A DNA stretch of 64,000 nt. Source: Lytechinus pictus (Eukaryota). A program made the translations under genes and the position numbers. The DNA lies in contig NC_087256.1 of assembly GCF_037042905.1 (NCBI RefSeq), forward strand, positions 6,138,001 through 6,202,000, read 5' to 3'. Positions 60,390-64,000 of this stretch are shown one piece after another (positions within the stretch are counted from its first letter, which is position 1; every line of letters begins with the position of its first letter). Below the pieces are notes generated by a model. That model searched no databases. It was not told the DNA's origin and worked only from the letters and a program-made list of their open reading frames with translations.

Positions 60390-60903
60390 TTAAGTTCGGT
60401 AAAAATTCGATTTCGGCTATTTTATAACATTTCGTAAATTCATGATGAATGATAATATAAAACTTCAACAATTATTTATCAGTGGCAGATCCAGGCGGTA
60501 TGTAAGGAAGGCGCCTCCTCTATTTATTACTCATGGACAATTTTGGTCAAATGACCTTTCATTTCTTTCATTATGATAGGCAGATTTCAAAGCAAGATAT
60601 TACGTAAGCTTGCCTTACATAGCAGGATGAAGAAATTGAATAGACCAGGTGACTAGAATAGCACACCAATGAACACTTTATGAACTTTTGTTGCATTCCT
60701 ACTTTGAATGCATAATTTATCATAGCATGTTGCACAATGTACTTGGCAAACTGTGAAATACCAGTCGTTCGTCATGTTCGTGGACGCATTGTTGTTTTTT
60801 GTGGATGTAAATGAAAACCACAATTCAAAAGAATACATGAATAATCAAGACATCAAAGTTGGTGCTTATCTCATTAGATTTTAAACCACCATGTCACTTT
60901 AGT

Positions 60904-61310
60904 GGTTCCATGACAATTGCTCCGCCGACATTTGCTCCGCCGACAATTGCTACGCAAAATACGACAACTGCTCCGCCGACAATTGCTCCGGACAGTTGCT
61001 CCGTCGACACTTGCTCCGCCGATATTTGCTCCGCCGACATTTGCTCCGCCGACATCTGCTCCGCCGATATCTGCTCCGCCGATATTTGCTCCGCCTACAT
61101 CTGCTCCGATTATACGACAATTGCTCCGCCGAAAATTGCTCCGATTATACGACAATTGCTCTGCGACAATTGCTCCGCAGATATTTGCTCCGCCGAAAAT
61201 TGCTCGGCCGACTTTTGCTCCGATTATACGACAATTGTTCCCCAACAATTGCTCCGCCGATAATTGCTCCTCCGACATGTGCTCCGATAATACGGCAATT
61301 GCATGAAACA
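60904..61310. repeat. MITE with an expanded internal 15-bp tandem repeat (gacaattgctccgcc)
   Basis: ggttccatgacaattgc…gcaattgcatgaaaca ends; roughly 20+ units. Confidence 0.85.
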
Positions 61311-61661
61311 TCTTATTTCTCCAAGTTGGTCTCTGTTAAATGATAAGAAATACATCCTGATAGAAATTGTTTTGTTGTTGTTTTGTTCTTGTTATTCGTT
61401 AATGTTTTATTTAATTTATTCTCCCCCTATCATCACAGCTTTCTGCTTTAAAAAAAAAACAAATCGGTCTCCCTGCCACCCCACAAATTGTAACGGAGAA
61501 GGGGAATGACACACTCCCCATTGAAATTGTGAATCTGGATTTTTGTTCATAATTGTTTCACTCCGGTCTTGAGCGGGGAGAGATATTTTTTTTTTTTTTT
61601 TTTTTTTTTGGGGGGGGGGATGGTGCTAGACACAATATCTCTTCTGCTTTCCAGCAACTTA

Positions 61662-62540
61662 CAGGGGCGGATCCAGCTTTCGCCAATAGGGGGGGGGGGG
61701 CAAAAAAAAATTACCCATATTTTCCCCTATCTGCCGCTCAAAGTTGATTTTTATTTGTTTCTTTGAAGAGTAGTCTTAACAGTCACGTCTTTGCTTTATT
61801 CTCATAAAACATGAATAAATAATGTCATATAAGCGCTAATTGAAAAGTACGAGCTAATTTTTTACGGAAATTTCATGTATTTTGTCCGGAAAATTGAACA
61901 TTCTTAGCAATGATTGTGATCGTGAACAAGCTGTGTATGTAACTAAATAATTACTGCGAGCGCGAATTGCTAGCAGCAATTTTATAATATACGTTTTGGC
62001 CTGATGGAAAAAAGACCGTAAGAACTGTTTGCAGTTACCCATGAAAACAATACACTATTTCAACAATCAAATAATGCGAGCGCGAAGCGCGAGCTGAAAA
62101 TTTATGACATTTTGACCTAAAAATTTGACATTCTAAGCACTTTTTGTAATCATATACAAAATAGGTATATACCTAAACATTTCATGCGAGCGCGAAGCGA
62201 GAGTGAAAAAAAATTGAAGGCGTTCTGAAGAGGGTCAATTTAAGCACTATTTCAAGCATCGTAGGAAAATTGTAAAGTGGATATGGATCGTACTTGAATG
62301 ATGCGAGCGCGAAGCGCGAGCCGATTTAAAAAAAAATATTATTTAGACCAAGCACCCGGCAAATTGTAAGGACATTTTATCATCATATGAAAATGAATAT
62401 TTTTCCTATTCCTCTTCCTAATCGTGAGATGAAACTTGTCGATATCGATATTCCATTCTGAAAAAAGTGACGATTTCATTATTAGGAATTCATGAAACTG
62501 TAATTACCTTATTTATCAATCTAATATTAATGAGAGCTCG
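61662..62540 (+). mobile_element. caggggcggatccagc-initiated element with gcgagcgcgaagcgcgagc subrepeats
   Basis: Same family as 6300-7492 in opposite orientation; right boundary approximate. Confidence 0.65.
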
Positions 62541-62599
62541 GAATCTAGCGGGAATGCATTGATAAATCAACTCTCCTGGCAAACTATTGACCAACTTCG

Positions 62600-62880
62600 A
62601 TATTATTTTCTAGCTATTCTCATGTAGTGTGTAAGGGGCCTTGCCCCTCCCCGCTTATCAAATGAAATTAAAATGTACTTCGATCGCCATGGCATGAACA
62701 CTAGGAATGCAAATTCACTAAATGTAGTATTACCCAAACGTAACATATCCCTATTTAAACAATCCTTTAAATATGCCGGAGCAGTAACTTGGAACAAACT
62801 CCCGCAAGATATCCAGAATGCCATTTCTGTTGAAAGTTTCAAATATCATTACAAGAAATTTCGCTTAAATCAATAAGAAT
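62600..62880 (+). mobile_element. CR1/L2 LINE ORF2 3' fragment
   Basis: NTRNANS…FKQSFKYAGAVTWNKLPQDIQNAISVESFK. Confidence 0.85.
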
Positions 62881-62904
62881 TATTTAACTGTTCTATATTG
62901 GAGT

Positions 62905-63259
62905 GGAGGGGCCGTGGTGTAGTGGTTCTGACTCTCGCCTTGTAAACAGAGGGTTCGAATCCCACCGCGGTCTGGCGTCCTTTGGAAAGGCGTTAATCCA
63001 CACTTTGCCACTCTCGACCCAGGTGCTAAATGGGTACCTGGTAGGATGTGAAAGTCATTGTAGCTTGTCCAGTACTGTGTGCGCCTCACCGGCGACTGAC
63101 TGGAATACTCCCCAGGGAGTGGAGGATGTGCACACATTGTGTGCGGGAATGACTGATTGAATCCGATGACCGGGGTAATAATATATTTGTAAAGCGCTTA
63201 GACACGTCGTTCCGATGTATTAAGCGCTATATAAAAAATGGATTATTATTATTATTATT
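62905..63259 (+). mobile_element. Full-length tRNA-derived SINE with CORE-like centre and L2-type tail
   Basis: A-box gtggtgtagtgg, B-box ggttcgaatcc, central gacccaggtgctaaatgggtacc, tail gtaaagcgcttaga…aagcgctatataaa then (ATT)n. Confidence 0.9.
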
Positions 63260-64000
63260 GGTCCATATATATTTATAGTATTATTATTAGCATGATTACC
63301 CAATAATACACATCTACTTATTATCGATTATTATGATTTCCTATCAGTATTGATATTGTTACAATTCTTTAAATTGAGGCCCATTCCTGTTTTAACTTGA
63401 TATCGATGTATAAAACCTCTTTCTTTTTCCTTCACTTCTTTATCTTACTATAAGATAAATCTTGCTATTTGTTCTTTTTTTCTGATGTTTCACTTAAAGC
63501 ATTATTTGTATTTTAGTTTTGCTGTATATAATTACATTTATTCCTAATTATTTGTTATCTTTTCTTTTTATATGTGTATAATTATATCTTCTTTGTGCAG
63601 GACCATTATGTGAAACAGCCTGCGAGCTGATTAATGTTTTATCCTGTTGAAAGATGTTTTAATAAATAAATAAATAAATGAATATAAAACTAGACTTCGG
63701 TTGTATTTTTTCTATTCTGTGCAAGAGCGACAACTTATAAATATATTTTGACAAATGAATTATGTATGTATCTCTCTCTTAACGTCTAGACAAATAATGC
63801 TATTTTCAAAAAAAATATATTATATATACCAGTAATAATATAGTTACAAATTCATGAAACCCAATACGCATCTCACTGAATTTATAATGCGAGCACGAAG
63901 CGCGAGCTGTTATTGACCTGGAAAAGGGACATTCATATGCATTTTTAAAATTGTAAACATGAAGCATATCTCGGGGGGGGGGGTATATTTACCAGAAAAG

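Noticed and set aside
60859-61343. Four overlapping repetitive ORFs (CSADI, LLRR, GGANI, APPT)
   Set aside because: They are by-products of a stop-free 15-bp tandem repeat inside a MITE.
62905-62975. tRNA gene
   Set aside because: It has A/B boxes but no full cloverleaf, and it continues into SINE body and tail.

Overview
AT-rich, intron-rich animal genomic DNA with three assembly gaps. The repeat content and the glass gene suggest an invertebrate deuterostome, probably a sea urchin (inference). Two convergent spliced genes can be rebuilt by hand with consistent GT-AG phases. (1) A 10-exon secreted GH79 heparanase-like gene on + (3981-23475, 563 aa). Both catalytic Glu are intact, but most residues that bind the -1 glucuronate in human HPSE are replaced. 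(2) A 6-exon glass C2H2 zinc-finger gene on - (50169-29812, 441 aa). A decayed, in-frame 114-bp copy of its last finger lies just past the stop codon, and a duplicated splice donor would allow frame-preserving exon skipping. The rest is mostly non-autonomous DNA transposons (T2/Kolobok-, Tc1-, PIF/Harbinger-, CACTA-, AcademH-, Merlin- and Transib-like), often nested. There are also CR1/L2 LINE 3' fragments, tRNA-derived SINEs, a 46-bp minisatellite and microsatellites. No prokaryotic systems or CRISPR arrays were seen. All alignments were made by eye against remembered family sequences; no searches were run.
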